Position numbers and translations under genes: made by a program. From Lingula anatina (lineage: Eukaryota; Animalia; Brachiopoda): a stretch of 64,000 nucleotides of DNA. Shown piece by piece: positions 1-13,545 of this stretch. Numbering within the stretch: the first letter of the stretch is position 1; the number at the start of each line of letters is the position of its first letter. The notes under the pieces were generated by a model. It saw nothing but the letters and a program-made list of their open reading frames with translations. It had not been told where the DNA came from and did not search any database. The DNA lies in assembly GCA_051362555.1 (NCBI GenBank), contig CM120642.1, positions 18,972,001-19,036,000 on the forward strand, in the 5' to 3' direction.

Positions 1-316
1 TACATAATTACGTGTTTGTAAATGTCCCAAAGATATGTCTCATGTCTTCAGAACCTGTATGATGGTATTTATCTTTCCCAATTCAGTATTTTAAATTGAT
101 GAATACCCACATTACAAATAAAAGCATCTGATGTTGAAAATTCCCTTTTGAAATGCACAGTTAGACATTGTTGTCTTAATGTCTGACCTGCCATTTAGAA
201 CTGAATTATTTATTAATTAAGAATGGCATAAAACATCAAATCCAAGTGCAGAGAGTGTTGCTTTGTGTGAAAAAAGGTTCAATTTTAAGTGAAAGTTTTT
301 TTTTGTTCTCTTCCAG

Positions 317-421
317 GAAGGTCAGCTTCACAGAGGAGGAGGCACAGTGTGCATGAACAACCGCCAGGTCTGGAAGTCTTTCAGTGGCTTGGTGGGTGCG
401 GTTGAGCATTGTAAAGTATAA
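317..421 (+). CDS. Probable terminal coding exon of an unidentified gene entering from the left edge
   Basis: Strong acceptor (ttttgttctcttccag|, 301-316) followed by a GC-richer open stretch, EGQLHRGGGTVCMNNRQVWKSFSGLVGAVEHCKV* in phase 0 (alternative frame KVSFTEEEAQCA*), then AT-rich UTR-like DNA. Product not recognised. Confidence 0.4.
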   Translation, partial: EGQLHRGGGTVCMNNRQVWKSFSGLVGAVEHCKV

Positions 422-578
422 AGGATTATACTAATCTCCGAAATGGGTTGCCAAATATCTCAGCAAAATGAATATGCTGCTGAGTTCAGTACTCATACAA
501 GATACACAGTTCAAAGATTTTAACACAAACAAGGCATTTGTACAGTTACTGAATATTTTGTTAGTCACGCAAGGTTCA

Positions 579-924
579 AGGGATAACAACTGTTCATTTT
601 GGCCAAAAAATTAATTTTTTGCGGGGGTAAACAAAAATTTTTCCATACTTACTAATGGTTATTGAATCCATTCCAATATTCAAAGTTAGTCCTGTTTTTT
701 TTTCTAAAAAGTTTGGTTTTTTGTAATACTCTCTTAAGAGACTATTACAGAGTATAGCCATCTATGGAGGTCACATAGTCCAATGAAAGGCACAAATTCC
801 AGAAAATTGCATTTAAGTAACTGCCTTTTTGGTAGTAAAATAGAATTTATTATTAAATTTCTGTGCCTTGTTTACAATGTATTTATTGTGAAATATCAAT
901 ATCACATGAACAGCTGTTATCGCT
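579..924. mobile_element. Non-autonomous Kolobok-like DNA transposon, degenerate copy
   Basis: Starts AGGGATAAC, ends GTTATCGCT followed by TTAA. The interior (ttcaaagttagtcc, ctcttaagaga) matches 9054-9391 in reverse and 7685-7880 in the same orientation. Confidence 0.6.
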
Positions 925-2609
925 TTAATTTTATTTCTGAAGCATATGAAGTTTTAAGGTTCTTAATATTTTCTCAGCTCGAAGAAATTTCCTGTTATTT
1001 TAATCTCAATTTTAGTATCCTAATTAATATCCAAAGTCAATATGTTATAATTGGAGCCCATCGTATGTTAAGTAACTATGCATAAAGAGTATATCCATTT
1101 GTTGCATTTTCCCTTGACTAAATTGTGAATTCTTCTGAAGACTTTTAAATGGAATCATTTTGCCTGCATTATATAATATAGAATATTAGAGTATAAGAAT
1201 TCTTTCCCTGTTCAAAATATTTAATCTTATTATCACCTCTGCTAAGGAGCTCACGCTTTTGTCTTTGCATGTTAACTGCCTATCTCAGTAAGATATGGAC
1301 AGTTTTATTATTTTTTTAATCAGGATACTGAGGTGATGACAATATTCTCAGAGTTTTTTAGTAAAGCATTTTGTTATTAGTGCATTTGTCATTTATACTA
1401 TTATAGTCATGGTGTTTGGATCTTTGTAATCTCCATCTTTGTACACTTTTCACTTTAAAAATATAAGTTTTACTTTTATATTACTAGTAAACAAACAAAC
1501 AGTAGATGAACAATTTGTACTTTGGCAGCTATATAAAACTGACAAAAACTCTTTGGAAGTAATTTTTACATATAGGACAGTGTTTTTTATGTCCAGAAAT
1601 GCCTGTCAAATTATCTTGTTTTCAAGTTGTATTCTTTTCAGAAAAGTTTGTAATAATATATTTTTCAATATCTGCAGCCATGTTACTCAATTTGGATACC
1701 ATATCCTTGTTGGTATCATAAAAATTTTGTATAACTGATCTATGTGGATTTAGTCTGCTTTAACTGATCTCTGTGAATTTAGTCAACTTGGACACATTTT
1801 GCTAAGAGGTCAATCAGAGTTGAAGAATTAAAAAAAAAATGTTTTTACCTCCGAGTCAGACTTCACTTTTAAAGCACTGCTGAATGTATCTGTGATGCAT
1901 TTAGACTACATTGTTGCTTGTGAAATTGCCACTTTTCCATCTTAATTCTGTTATGCAATTCTTATTGAAAAATTTAAAAACTTTTGTTGGTTACTTTTTA
2001 TCATTCACATTCAAAGAAAGCGAATGTTTGACATGGATTATTTGTATGTGGAATCCCATGTAATGGGAAAAGGGAGAAAATGGTCCACCATAATATGAAA
2101 TAAACCACATTACTATTCAACCATGATGCCTTTTGTTTCAAAATATTGATCTACATACGCTTAGTAGATAGTTAAAAATGTCAAGTTACCAACACAAAGA
2201 GCAAATTTTTATTCAATATGTTTTAAAGAATTTATTTACAGTTATGCAATAAAAATTACATTACATTTTCAACAACCTTTCATATTTAATTTAAGGTTAA
2301 AATACAAATATGTAACTATAATTTTTCTATGGAGACAATTACTTGACACTTGGTACCAACTTTCATGACAGCAGACTACATACAGAATTTCTTTTCCCTA
2401 CTTACTCTTTCCCGTTTCTAAGATCCCTAATTTTGATAAGTTTACTGGTGAAAATCGCTTTGGAACAAAATTTCTGAATTGCTTTGTGATAAGAATAATA
2501 CATAGCTTTTATAGAAACTTTGTTCCAATTTGAAAGTAATTTTCATCACCAAAAACTACCAAAAACAAAATCTTACATGCTTAACTTGAACCATCTTAAA
2601 ATCTACCGG

Positions 2610-2777
2610 CAGGGGTGGATCCAGAGCTATTTGCTGACAGTCTTCCAAATTATCTTTGTTGATCCATCCTCCATTTTTGACTGGCTTTCGACAGAAAAAA
2701 ATAGATACTCAACAACGTAAACTTGAGTATCTGACTGTCTTCCGGAACACCCAGAAGATGGCCTCAATTCGCCCCTA
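2610..2777. mobile_element. About 168-bp MITE (CAGGGG...CCCCTR) in the RBM18 3' region
   Basis: Aligns by eye along its length with 53181-53350. Flanked by an imperfect 5-bp duplication accgg/accag. Confidence 0.75.
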
Positions 2778-2910
2778 ACCAGTGTGGATTTCGATTCTTA
2801 TCCACCCAACTTTTCTCATTAAGTGTACAATCACAACATTTTTACATACATACATCAGTCAAAATAGCTGTATCCTGGAATGCGTTTTTTCACCAAGTGC
2901 CACACCAACA

Positions 2911-4487
2911 TCATCTAGGGTACCCTCTCCCGTAGGGACTATTAGTCTTTCCACAATGAGACTTAGTTTGTGAGTTTTGCAGCAACTTCGAACCCTGTTT
3001 ATGAGAGTTTTGTTGCGTGCCAGAAGAAGAAGAAGGTACACTAAAATCTAACGGCAGATCTGGGTTTTGCTCCATAACTTTAAGTTTAGCTTCTATGGCA
3101 CGAATCTTGGTCTCTTTGCTGTAAAAAGAACAATTTGCTACATTGAAAAATACACAATATCTTTACTAAGTGAGGAACTGGTGATTAAATGGCAAGACCA
3201 GCCTAAATAACAGTTATCAAGATTCATATGAATTTATAGTCTAGTAGGCAACTTAAATCAAAAGATACCTGACTCCATCATCAGACTGTTTGTTGATCTT
3301 CACTCCTAACTTCTCATTCACTGGATCATCCTGGAGGTACAGAGTATATTGTATGTTCAGCCATGAACAAAAACTTCCGATAATGCATTCTTTGCCAATT
3401 TTTAATCAGTTATGATATAAGGGAGTTGACCAATGTCTAAACCTGAGTTTTTCAATAAAAAATGATTAAAAGTTTGGAATTTAACTTTGCTGCTATGTCA
3501 TCAACCTATTCTTAAATATGTGCAATATATGACAACCCCAATAATGCTGTTTGGTATCTCCTAGTCTTTTGTTCCACTTTAATCTCTTTTACCTTTTTGT
3601 CTGTATTAGCCACCCGGACTACCAGTTTCTTGGACAGAGCAAACTTCCCATTCAATGACTTGGTTGCAAATTTGGCCTCCTGTAAAAGAAATATTGACAG
3701 TTGAAAATTAAATGTTGTTGCTCTTTTTCTGGTAAAAAAGAATATGTAGTCAACACAATTACTGTCCTGCATTTGTTTCAACTTTTCACAACAAACACAA
3801 TTCGAAGTATAATGCCATGCACTGTTGTACAAACATAAAAATTCAAGTTTATAGAATATGAAGAACATAAAACACCTGTTTACATACATCTATAGTTTGA
3901 TAAGTGACAAAGCAGTATCCTCTAGGCTTGCCTTGGTCTAGGCCTGTCTTGTGGTAGAGAAAGTCTAATTTATTCAACCGCCCATATTTCTGCAACAGCT
4001 TTAGCAAGGTAAACCTACAAATATTATTCAATTAAAAAGTGATATTGATAAACATTTTTTTCTCTGACAAATCATGAGCTCTGATTGCTTTTATGCTAGG
4101 ACTAGGACTAGTAGTGTTTAAGTTTCAATTCTTACTGTAACAACAATATCAGGTGATAACACTATCCATTTTTTATACAATTTTATTTAAGTTTCAAGTT
4201 TTTCTTCCTACTTCACTTTTTATATGTAACTTATTAATACGAAAACAATTAAATTATTTAAACAATCAAACCACATCTTACTTAACAATCACCCACCCCT
4301 TCAAAAAAGACAGAAAGAAAAAACTCCCAATTAATATTTTCTCCCATACTCAAAACTTATTGGCATTTCGATGAATTTCAACCTACTCTGTGATCCTGGG
4401 GTCAAGGTTGCCCACCCACAGTCTCCTCTCATCCATCTCTTCTCCATCATGGTACGGCTGGAGGGGGACAGGCTGGGAATAGCCTGG
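2911..4487 (-). CDS. RBM18: RNA-binding motif protein 18 (single RRM), spliced; first coding exon not located
   Basis: GT-AG exons 4487-4387, 4014-3888, 3679-3593, 3330-3269 and 3118-2911 join in frame: ...ERRLWVGNLDPRITE FTLLKLLQKYG...GKPRGYCFVTY...SLNGKFALSKKLVVRVA...KIRAIEAKLKVME...PYGRGYPR*. RNP2/RNP1 motifs and the KIxAIEAKLK motif are typical of RBM18. Confidence 0.9.
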
Positions 4488-7400
4488 CTGGAAGATTGGA
4501 AATGAAAAAAAAAAACAGAATCAGAATCAGAACACTATATTTATAATTCCAATTTTCCAATCATAATAATAATATTTAAATGATCTTGGTGTGAATTTTG
4601 TTTCTTAATTACAGCAAGATATCAGTTTCAAAAAATAGTTTTAAATTTGACACTGGAAAAAGAAAGATATTAATTTGGGAAGAAATCTAATAATACATTC
4701 AGCAATGAAGCATGCTAGCTAGCTTACTTGACATTGGGCTACATTTTCACAAATAATTACTAGTAATTTTTTAGGTATGACTTTTACTTTTTATATGTTT
4801 AATTATTATTATAGGATAAACATCTGATTAAATGCCTGTTTTCGAAGTTTGAGGATTATCCTATAGGTGTCACTATCAGTGCTGGCATAAACCATTTCTG
4901 GCAGAAGCCTGGCCACTCCCATCAGGTGATTGACAGCAGTTAAGTGGCAGGTACCTAGTAAAATCTGCCCACCTTTCACAAGTCTTAGAGTAAGAGCAAC
5001 CTTGAAGCTTTCAGACATTTTTTTTTTCATACACACAGGCAAGTTGCACCAGCCAAAACACTTAATCAAAAACTTTTTGGTTGCAGACAAATGAAACTCT
5101 CTCTTTCTCTCATATGTGGCATAGTAAAAACATTTTGAATTTATCAATCCATTTTTTACCTCACTTTCCAATATTTTTAATATGCTTGCGGTGAAAGTGA
5201 CAATAACAGATAATTATACACAACTTGAAGGGAGTAGGTCACGAAAAATGACTCAAGTATGAACTTTCAGGCTTGTTACACCCTCATTACTTGTTTTTCT
5301 CTTCTTTTTTTACCACTGCACATTTGAATTTATATTCTACACACACGTCCAAGTGACAAGTATTTATTTTTCCTGTCTAATTGGTCCCCCTGTGTTCTGA
5401 GTCCACAGCAATGGCCAACTGCAGGGTGGACATACAGGAAACTTCTTATGTCCTGTTGACAATCTCTATTTTAAAATTATTTTCTAGAATATTCAGGTCC
5501 TTTTTCATCAGCCCTTTAATTGCCATGACCAGGAACAACCTCTTAAAAGTATGTCCATGATATATTATTGTTTCTAATAGTACCTCGATATGCATACATG
5601 TATTTCTTATTTTCATTTAATTCCAATTTGACAGGTAACTTTTAACTTACAACAACCCATATGCAACTATAAATACCTGTAGCAGTTTCAAGTAAATAGT
5701 TACAGCTACATTCCATTTGACAGGTACCTTATCCATACGTATGCTTTCAATGCAACTCTATGCACCCTCCTCACATGAAATAACCCCCCAACATCTACAA
5801 ATTCAGCATCCATACTAGTACAAGTAAGTAGTTTAATACAACAGTGTTTCCAGTCAACTTGGGTCAGTGTAACTTGATTTTACCCTTCTAAGCTTGCCCA
5901 CTGATTATGATTAGTTCACCAAAGCTAACAGTACTGACTAATCCTAATATTAATGCCTGTGTGTGTGGGGAAAGCCGAGGGATTAAGTTTAAAGCTGTGG
6001 TGAACTAACCGTTTTGAGATGGCCTACTAGCAATAGCAACGGTAAGCCCAACTTGAATGGAAACATGTTTTTAAAGAAGATTTATGAACAAGGTTTTAAA
6101 AGGTTACCACCTCTTATTGTAATTGCTGATATATATCATACAGGTGGGGCACGCCAGGTGATAAATCTGACACAAGGTCACATCATGCCAAAAGTACATC
6201 TTAACGACAGCAGAGACTCCCATCAAGTCGTCAGACGACTTTGCAGAACAGTCCTTGTTGTTTTCTGGAAGTCACGAGTCAGTTCTGGTGAATCAAATTA
6301 GTTTCTGATTTAGCTCTTTATCTTGACAGACAGGCTTTAAAATGGACAAGTTCTGTTTTCTGGAAACCTCAAGATTTTTCCAGTGGATTAACTTTTTTGG
6401 GAATATAGAATAGACTTTTTACTTTCTCATTTGTGAAATACTATTATCAAGCCACAATACATATTATGACAGGACAGGTCTGCAATGTTTCTGATTTTTA
6501 AAAAAATCTGTTGTTTTTTCTTGATCATTGATTACTTTGATCCAAATCTTTTTCATGTATAAAATATTCTGTATCAATTAAAATTTGTTTCATCGGAATT
6601 CATACTGGATTTCCTTTAAAACACCTCTTTGTGAATTGTTTTAATATTACAGATAAAATTGATCTGATTCGGTTCATCAGGCTTTACAATGGCCTTGTTG
6701 TTCTACTAGTAGGGAAATTCCCATTATTTTTCATGCTGATTCAATTCTTCTGTGCCAGCATTTGAACTTGGCCATAAAAAAGTTTTGAATGCTATGAGTC
6801 ATGAAAACAATTTGTCCATAATGCAGGTAATAATAGGAATTGTGTTGGATCTGCATTTTAAATTATATGAAAAAAGGGTGTCTTTTCCTGACATCAATTG
6901 TAATTGCATGCAAAATTATAATGATCTTCCAAAGTTGTTTGTGTAAAGCTTTTTAGAAGGTGCATTGCTCAAAGCTGAATTCTTTTCTTTTCCATAAGCT
7001 CATGCATCTAGCTTACTTGACAGTGTAGTTTTATTAAGATCAATATCCATACATGTTTTTCTTCCTTTTTTTACTTATCTTTGTTTGACACAGAAAGCTA
7101 CAATATTGAAACTGAGCATATAGTAAAGGGATTCCATTTAAGCCACAAGTTCTTGCAAAACATATGTCATGGTGACCTTTTTTCTTCTCTTCCCATTTAT
7201 ACCAAAAATACTCCAACTGTTTATCTGTTTTCTTTTACCGGTTGAACATCCTTTGAAAATACATCAAGTACCAAGAACCTCGTAAGATCAAGATTTCACT
7301 CATCAAGGAGATGTATTTTTTTCCTGTCCAGACTCAAATATCACTTCTGAATCACTCTAGATGCTTTCCCTGTTAACTGTTCTTTAAATGGCAATAGTGC

Positions 7401-7684
7401 AGCAGTCAAATGCAGAAGAAAAACATTATTCTCAATTTTCGCTACCTGTTTTTCTCTATGAATCAACACAAAATTGCTCTCCTAAACCATCAGTCGACTA
7501 TTAGTAAGTTACTTAGGTATTACGATAGAACAGGTTGTTTAGCTTTGCTTCACATTCAATAACATATTACTACAAGGGATTTTTACTAAACCAGACATGA
7601 CGGAAAAACTGCAAGGAACTGCAGCCTCATGAGCCTGCTGAAATCAAGACATTGCTGCACTGCTAAGGTATTGCTGACTTGAGA

Positions 7685-7813
7685 AGATAATCATTTTGGC
7701 CAAAAATTGAACATTCCTAGGGTAAACAACAACTTTTCCCATGCTAACCAATGGTTAACGAATCCATATCTACATTCAAAGTTAGTCCCTGTTTCTTTTT
7801 TTTTGTGTGTGTG

Positions 7814-7857
<44 letters not shown>

Positions 7858-7880
7858 TGTGTGATGACCTCTTAAGAGAT
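7685..7880. mobile_element. Partial copy of the Kolobok-like element, containing a (TG)n microsatellite
   Basis: Shares cattttggccaaaaa, aatggtta..gaatccat, ttcaaagttagtccctgttt and ctcttaagaga with 579-924. (TG)n runs from about 7817 to 7863. Confidence 0.55.
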
Positions 7881-8542
7881 TGTTAACTGACACAGTTAAT
7901 CCATGGTGTGATGTGGTGCTACAAAATATATAGGAAAAAAAAAACTTGTATTGATAAATTAAACAACCCAGCCATTGTGCAATGTTGACAACAACTCCTG
8001 ATTCACTAAAAATAATAAAAAAATCTTAATATTAAAAAGATTCAAAAATACAGTATTGCGAGACAAACATACAAGTGATAAAAGATACCAACAAATATCA
8101 TCACACACTGTAGTCTGCCCACACAGGCACCTTAAGGCTACCTGACATTTTAACCTGCTGTGATCAAAGCAAAAAATGAAGTGGTCATCCTGGCTAAAGG
8201 GCATCATAGCCAGTGGTCAGCTGGCATCACCCAAGGCACTGCCCTGTCTCATGCCAAGTGACCTGTGATGAACTCCGTGTCAAAAGACGCTGGTTTGTTT
8301 GGATGAATTTGTGACTGGAGGTGTGTCTACAATGTTTGCATGCACTGCATCTATAATGTTTACTACTAAAATAATATCTATATTTTTTCTGCTGAGCAAA
8401 AAATACATAGTAATGATCATAATTTGAAATACTTAATTGAAAATGGACAGGTGAATGAATGAATAGATAAATAAATGTCTGAATAGCTTGTCCCAAGGAC
8501 TGATTTTTGGTTACCAAGAAAACTTGTCAATGACACTCACAA

Positions 8543-8577
<35 letters not shown>

Positions 8578-9053
8578 AATTTCCTGAAAGAATTAATGAC
8601 CCTCCTACAATTAATTAATTTATTAATAAATAAATGAAAGAAAGAAAGAAATACTAGTAATATAAAAAAATTAATTTTGTAACTCTCAATGTACAAGTAC
8701 TAGTACACAGTTGATATTGGCAGAACCTCTCCTGCTACAGACACCTGTCTTCTATGACAAGGAATGTCTCATTCACTTTAAAGCAACCTGTAAAAGTGGC
8801 AAAATGCCCATCACACTCTGTCAGTGATTTATATTCACCTGCCATTCTGTTTGACAACTCACACCTAGTGTAAACCGGGGGTGGGAAATCTTTCATCTTC
8901 AGAAGTACACATTCACAGATTTAAGGTTCCTGTTTCATAACCATTGGTTTACAGAGTATCAAGACATAAATATCACTACGTAACACAGTCTTGGTATACA
9001 TGTTTTATTTCTGTAGACATAAACTTATTATTAAATTTTTTAGATATATTTAA

Positions 9054-9391
9054 AGGGATAATAACTCTTCATATGAGATCTATATTTCACAATAAAAACA
9101 TTGTGAATAACTCATAGAAATATAATATATTCTGTTTAACCACAAAAACGGCAGTTATAGCTATTATTCTGATATCTGAGCTTGTCTTTAGACCACGTGA
9201 CCTCCATTGATGGCTATACTCTGTTTAAATCTCTTAAGAGATTTTAACAAAAAACCAAACTTTTTAGAAAAAAAACAGGGACTAACTTTGAATGTAAAAA
9301 TGGATTCATTAACCATTGGTAAGTATGAGAAAATTGTTGTTCACTCCAGGAAAATTCATTTTTTTGGCCAAAACGAAGAGTTATTATCACT
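9054..9391. mobile_element. Non-autonomous Kolobok-like DNA transposon
   Basis: TTAA|AGGGATAATAACTCTTC ... GAAGAGTTATTATCACT|TTAA: 17-bp terminal inverted repeats (TIRs) with one mismatch, AG..CT termini and a TTAA target-site duplication (TSD). Confidence 0.8.
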
Positions 9392-11407
9392 TTAACTAAC
9401 TTTAAAGTAAATATGAAACTTTTTTTTTGTAAATAATAAAGAAAAGAAGAAAAGAAAATTCTAGCTACTGGCAAAGATTTCATATAATATGCAAATGTGC
9501 CCAGTTAGTGTTTCCTTTGAGTATCCATTAATACACATCTATCTGCAGGCTAGGGTGGTTAATAACCAACTTTTCTGTGTGACCTAGCTTTCTGTTATTA
9601 CTGTTTAGTGTGTAACTTGGGGGGTTTGCATATTTCTTTGATGTTTATCTTTTCATGGGATATTTCTTCCTTAGCAAGTCCCAATGTCAAACTGAAACAA
9701 ATCATCTTTAAAATGTTTGGGCTATTTATTTATTTATTTATTTTTTTTACTATCAAATGCATGTGGTTTTCATATTTTCTAGAGAAAAGTTCAAAAGTCT
9801 CACACAAAAGAAAGCATCCTACTTTTACTGCCAATTCTATCTCTCTCTCTCTCTCTCCCCCCCCCCCCCCAAAAAAAAAAAAAAGTGGGGTTAAGATAAA
9901 TACTGGGCTACAATTTACTAGTAAGTTCGAAATTTGAAAAAATGCATCTGTAGGGAAAATATTCAAGCTAAGATTCCGTAAGAGATTTTCCAGGAAGCCT
10001 TTACAATCTATGAAACTGGGCTCAATTTATTCAGCTGTTTCCAATCACCAATAGGTTTATACAATATTGTAAGATACCTTTTTTAAAAAACAAATAAGGA
10101 ATTGGATGTTTCCAGAATCCTCAGAAAAGCCAATGGATGAGAATCCTTTATCTTACCAAATCAACAGTGCATAAATAAAAGAGAAAGCAAATATAACATT
10201 TCAAAGTGATAATAAAACTTGTTTTATTAAGTCTGAGCAGATAATTTTGCATTATATATATTGTATACATAAAGATACAGAAATGTTAGCACCAAATATC
10301 AGCATTAGTTAAAAATTACAAAATAATGTTAAATAACAATAACTTGAACGATGAAATAAAACCACATCTTCAAACAAAGTAACTATTCTCCACTCTTTCT
10401 CACATCAAAAAAAAAAAAAGAAAATCTCTGACAAGCGTACCACTGTTAGTTGGCAAGTTCAGAGGAACTTCTAAAGGTGAAGACGAAATTACCTTCAAAA
10501 TGCCAGCCCTGCAGAAATACAGTTCACTGCTTAACCAATTTTAGCAGCCGTCTGAGAAATCCATCACTCCCGAATGTCACCCTGAGTCAACAAGGACCCG
10601 TTTTCATTCTCTACCTACATTCTGTTATGCCCATATCAAACAGTAAGCTATGATTCTCAGGGTGATAACAAAAACCATCATCCAGGAGTAAATGTTATAA
10701 ACTCTCAAAATTCTAACTTTGAAGGTTACGGCTCAATCTAAACTTTTGCCCTTCTCTATGCAGGCACATTGCATTACACATTTCTTGTTAGAAGCTGGTT
10801 TTTCTGCTTTCTTAAGGTTTAAATGAACAATATAAACTAGTAGTTAAATGCATAAAGCTCTTTCCAAATGCCACAGAGCATAAATATATGTAAAAATAAA
10901 CATATGACAGTTTTGCAGCTCAAATACAGATAAAGTAATCTTGCTATTCCAGTAAAAATTAACAAAAATTCAAACCTATAAGTGTCATCTTTTTAAATTA
11001 TAAAAATGGTCCAATTCATCCAACACACACTTAAAAAAATACAAAAGTAAAATTTTTTGATTCTCAGCATTTCTTTTTTCCTTGTAAAATAATTAGATAC
11101 TTGTTTTTCTTCAAGCTCATGAATACACAATGCCTTTATAGAATACACAGATGAAAATGTCTTTAATCAAATATTTGTGCAGATGAAGCTCATATCTTAC
11201 TTTATGACACTAAAAAAAAAACCTGTAATATTAATTAGCTCTTTACCTCAACAAGTTGTTGAAACCTTTTGATTCAAATTCCAATTCTTCTCAGTACCAA
11301 AGCAAACACATTGAACACTGTTCTAATTTTAGTCTCACGAATCAACAATCATGGGCCTTTTTTGCCAATTTTTTCACCTTTAATTATGGAACTAGAAAAG
11401 TGTTCTT

Positions 11408-12067
11408 CTAATGATGTTGGATAGCAATTGGTCGCTCCTTTGGCTTGATATGGCTCATCGATTCTGGCAGGGGGGCCTCCAGGGCTAGAACGCCGTCATG
11501 GCGAAGGGTAGACATAAGACTAGTGGCATCCACTCCTTCGGGAAGGGAGATGGTCTTCATGTACTCAGCATACTGATGTCTACCCTCTGCTTTCTCCTCA
11601 TGTTTTGCATGGACTGTTACAGTATTTCCTGACGTCTTGACGATCAGCTCTTCAGGTCTGAATTGGTGGACATCAAACTGGACTTTGAACTTTTTACGTC
11701 CGCCCTCTTCAACCACAGGAAAGTCTATGCTCTTGTTTTCAGTCAGTCTGCGAGCTTCTGGAAATTCTGGAAACGTTAGAGCTGATGTTGTGGACATATG
11801 TGGTGCTCCGATGCTGGGGTAAGGCGTTAAATGGTGCAGGCCACCATACGTGTTGCGACGCATATCTTCACTCATTTGATTCATCTGACGGTCAAACTGG
11901 CGCCACTGGTGGGCCATTTCAGGGGGCATTGCACTCCAGTTGCCCACTGTCCACCTGTGGCGGTCAAAGTCACGGTCAAAGGGTGAACCATACCCAAATG
12001 GAGTGGTATCCCAAAAGATGGGAAGCCTGCCTGGGGTAAATGGCATCATTGGATGGTGGAAAGACAT
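11408..12067 (-). CDS. Small heat-shock protein (HSP20/alpha-crystallin family), intronless, 219 aa
   Basis: C-terminal alpha-crystallin domain (FKVQFDVHQFRPEELIVK...HAKHEEK...ISLPEGVD...STLRHDGVLALEAP), C-terminal IxI motif (PIAI) and an aromatic/Pro/Met-rich N-terminus. Confidence 0.95.
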   Translation of the reverse strand: MSFHHPMMPFTPGRLPIFWDTTPFGYGSPFDRDFDRHRWTVGNWSAMPPEMAHQWRQFDRQMNQMSEDMRRNTYGGLHHLTPYPSIGAPHMSTTSALTFPEFPEARRLTENKSIDFPVVEEGGRKKFKVQFDVHQFRPEELIVKTSGNTVTVHAKHEEKAEGRHQYAEYMKTISLPEGVDATSLMSTLRHDGVLALEAPLPESMSHIKPKERPIAIQHH

Positions 12068-12195
12068 GCTGCAATGTGAAATGTACTGTCTCTAGGTACT
12101 TGTGCTACTTGCTGCTCGCTTCTTAGAATCTTACTAGCTGGCTCGAGTCAGTGATGATCTGCTGATGTTCTGAACGTCGTACTATTCTGCTTTGC

Positions 12196-12240
12196 TTTTA
12201 TACTTTTACTACTCTACGTCTGGAATATTCGCAATCTGAA
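12196..12240 (-). promoter_or_regulatory. TATA box and proximal heat-shock element of the sHSP gene
   Basis: TATAAAA on the minus strand at 12196-12202, about 130 bp upstream of the ATG, with gTCtgGAAtaTTCg (nGAAn inverted pentamers) about 20 bp further upstream. Confidence 0.65.
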
Positions 12241-12820
12241 AATAACGCTGTGGCTCACTGTGTTGACATCTGTCGACCAGGCCTTAGAAGGGGCGATATA
12301 AATGACGTGGAAGTATCAGCAATGATAGATGCTAGTAGCATTACAAATTCATTGAGGCGCCCGCCCCACCAAATACGTGAAGTGGGCAGGTAGAGATCAC
12401 TCACTGCATACCAATGAGGGATAGGTACGCCCCTTTGAGAATTTGAACGGCTGGAGATAGGTACGTGCATTATTAAGTAAACTTACCGATATTGCACTCA
12501 TGTCGGAAGACGCTTCTTGATATAAACTTAATTTGCTCCTCCGATTCCTGTCAAAGAACTCCAAACACCTGGTCTTTGTTGACATGAAGTTCTATAGATG
12601 TCGCCAGAGTGCCGTATTTGAAAGAAAATAAAGCGACTATAGCGTCATCTATAACAATAAATCATCTATCCCCAAAATTAGTGACGTTATAAGCATTAAG
12701 CACAAAAACAGTGACGTTTTATACATCCATGTGTTCGTTAGGGGCTTTGCCGCAATGATAACGTTGATGTAAACAAGGTATTGTTTACGGTTTGATTTAT
12801 TACTACAGCACACCTAATTA

Positions 12821-12841
12821 GAAAATTCTGCAAGAACTTTC
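12821..12841. promoter_or_regulatory. Distal heat-shock-element-like pair
   Basis: GAAaaTTC (12821-12828) and GAActTTC (12834-12841), about 750 bp upstream of the sHSP ATG. Confidence 0.4.
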
Positions 12842-12942
12842 TCAAGGTGCAATTTAATTTATGCCCAATGAAATGTTCTGCGCGTAAAGTAACCCCTCAT
12901 CTGGGATATTTACGACGGACAATTACAGGCCTCTTACATGTA

Positions 12943-13114
12943 GGGGTCATGTCGATACTCCCCCGCTTCGTTACTCCCCCGCACCGATACTCTCCCGCAC
13001 CGTTAATCCCCCTTAGTATTTTTTTGTATTATGCGCATGGATACGACCCCACACCGATAGATCACCGCACCGGTACATCCCCGTATCGGTGCGGGGAAGT
13101 ATAGGCATGTAACC
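12943..13114. mobile_element. MITE with TA target duplication and internal CCGCACCG repeats
   Basis: Imperfect TIRs GGGGTCATGTCGATACTCCCCCGC / GCGGGGAAGTATAGGCATGTAACC flanked by TA on both sides. Forms a GC-rich island in AT-rich DNA. Confidence 0.7.
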
Positions 13115-13480
13115 TACATGTGTACATGTACATGATTTTTCCTGGGGACCACTAACGTTGGCGACATGAAATCGCAGTTTGAATCGTGAAAGCCTATATT
13201 ACATTACATGCGCGTACAGTGTTAGTATACTGCCCCTAAACCATGTGAAATCGTACAAAATCTTACATATTTACGGCCTCCCGTCTGTCTGTACAGCTCC
13301 CTACAATCTTAATTAAGGGGACTGTAATCCCTTATTATCTCACCCAGATACCGATAATAAGGTTTTTCCAGCATCTGATTAGGGGCTGAGCCATTTAATC
13401 ATGCATCTATTTTGTGCTGATTTAAAGCAATAAAAAACCCTCAAAAAATATAAAGTACCGACGTTTTATATTTCCTGTTG

Positions 13481-13482
<2 letters not shown>

Positions 13483-13542
<60 letters not shown>
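13483..13542. repeat. (AT)n microsatellite
   Basis: About 30 perfect AT units. Similar tracts at about 15158-15223 and 32343-32379. Confidence 0.95.

Positions 13543-13545
<3 letters not shown>

Noticed and set aside
783-10653. Numerous 60-120-aa ORFs in the track (e.g. 783, 1439, 4809, 6014, 8227, 9608)
   Set aside because: Low-complexity F/I/L/Y-rich translations of AT-rich intron, UTR or repeat DNA with no splice-consistent partners. Only the RBM18-overlapping ORFs are retained.
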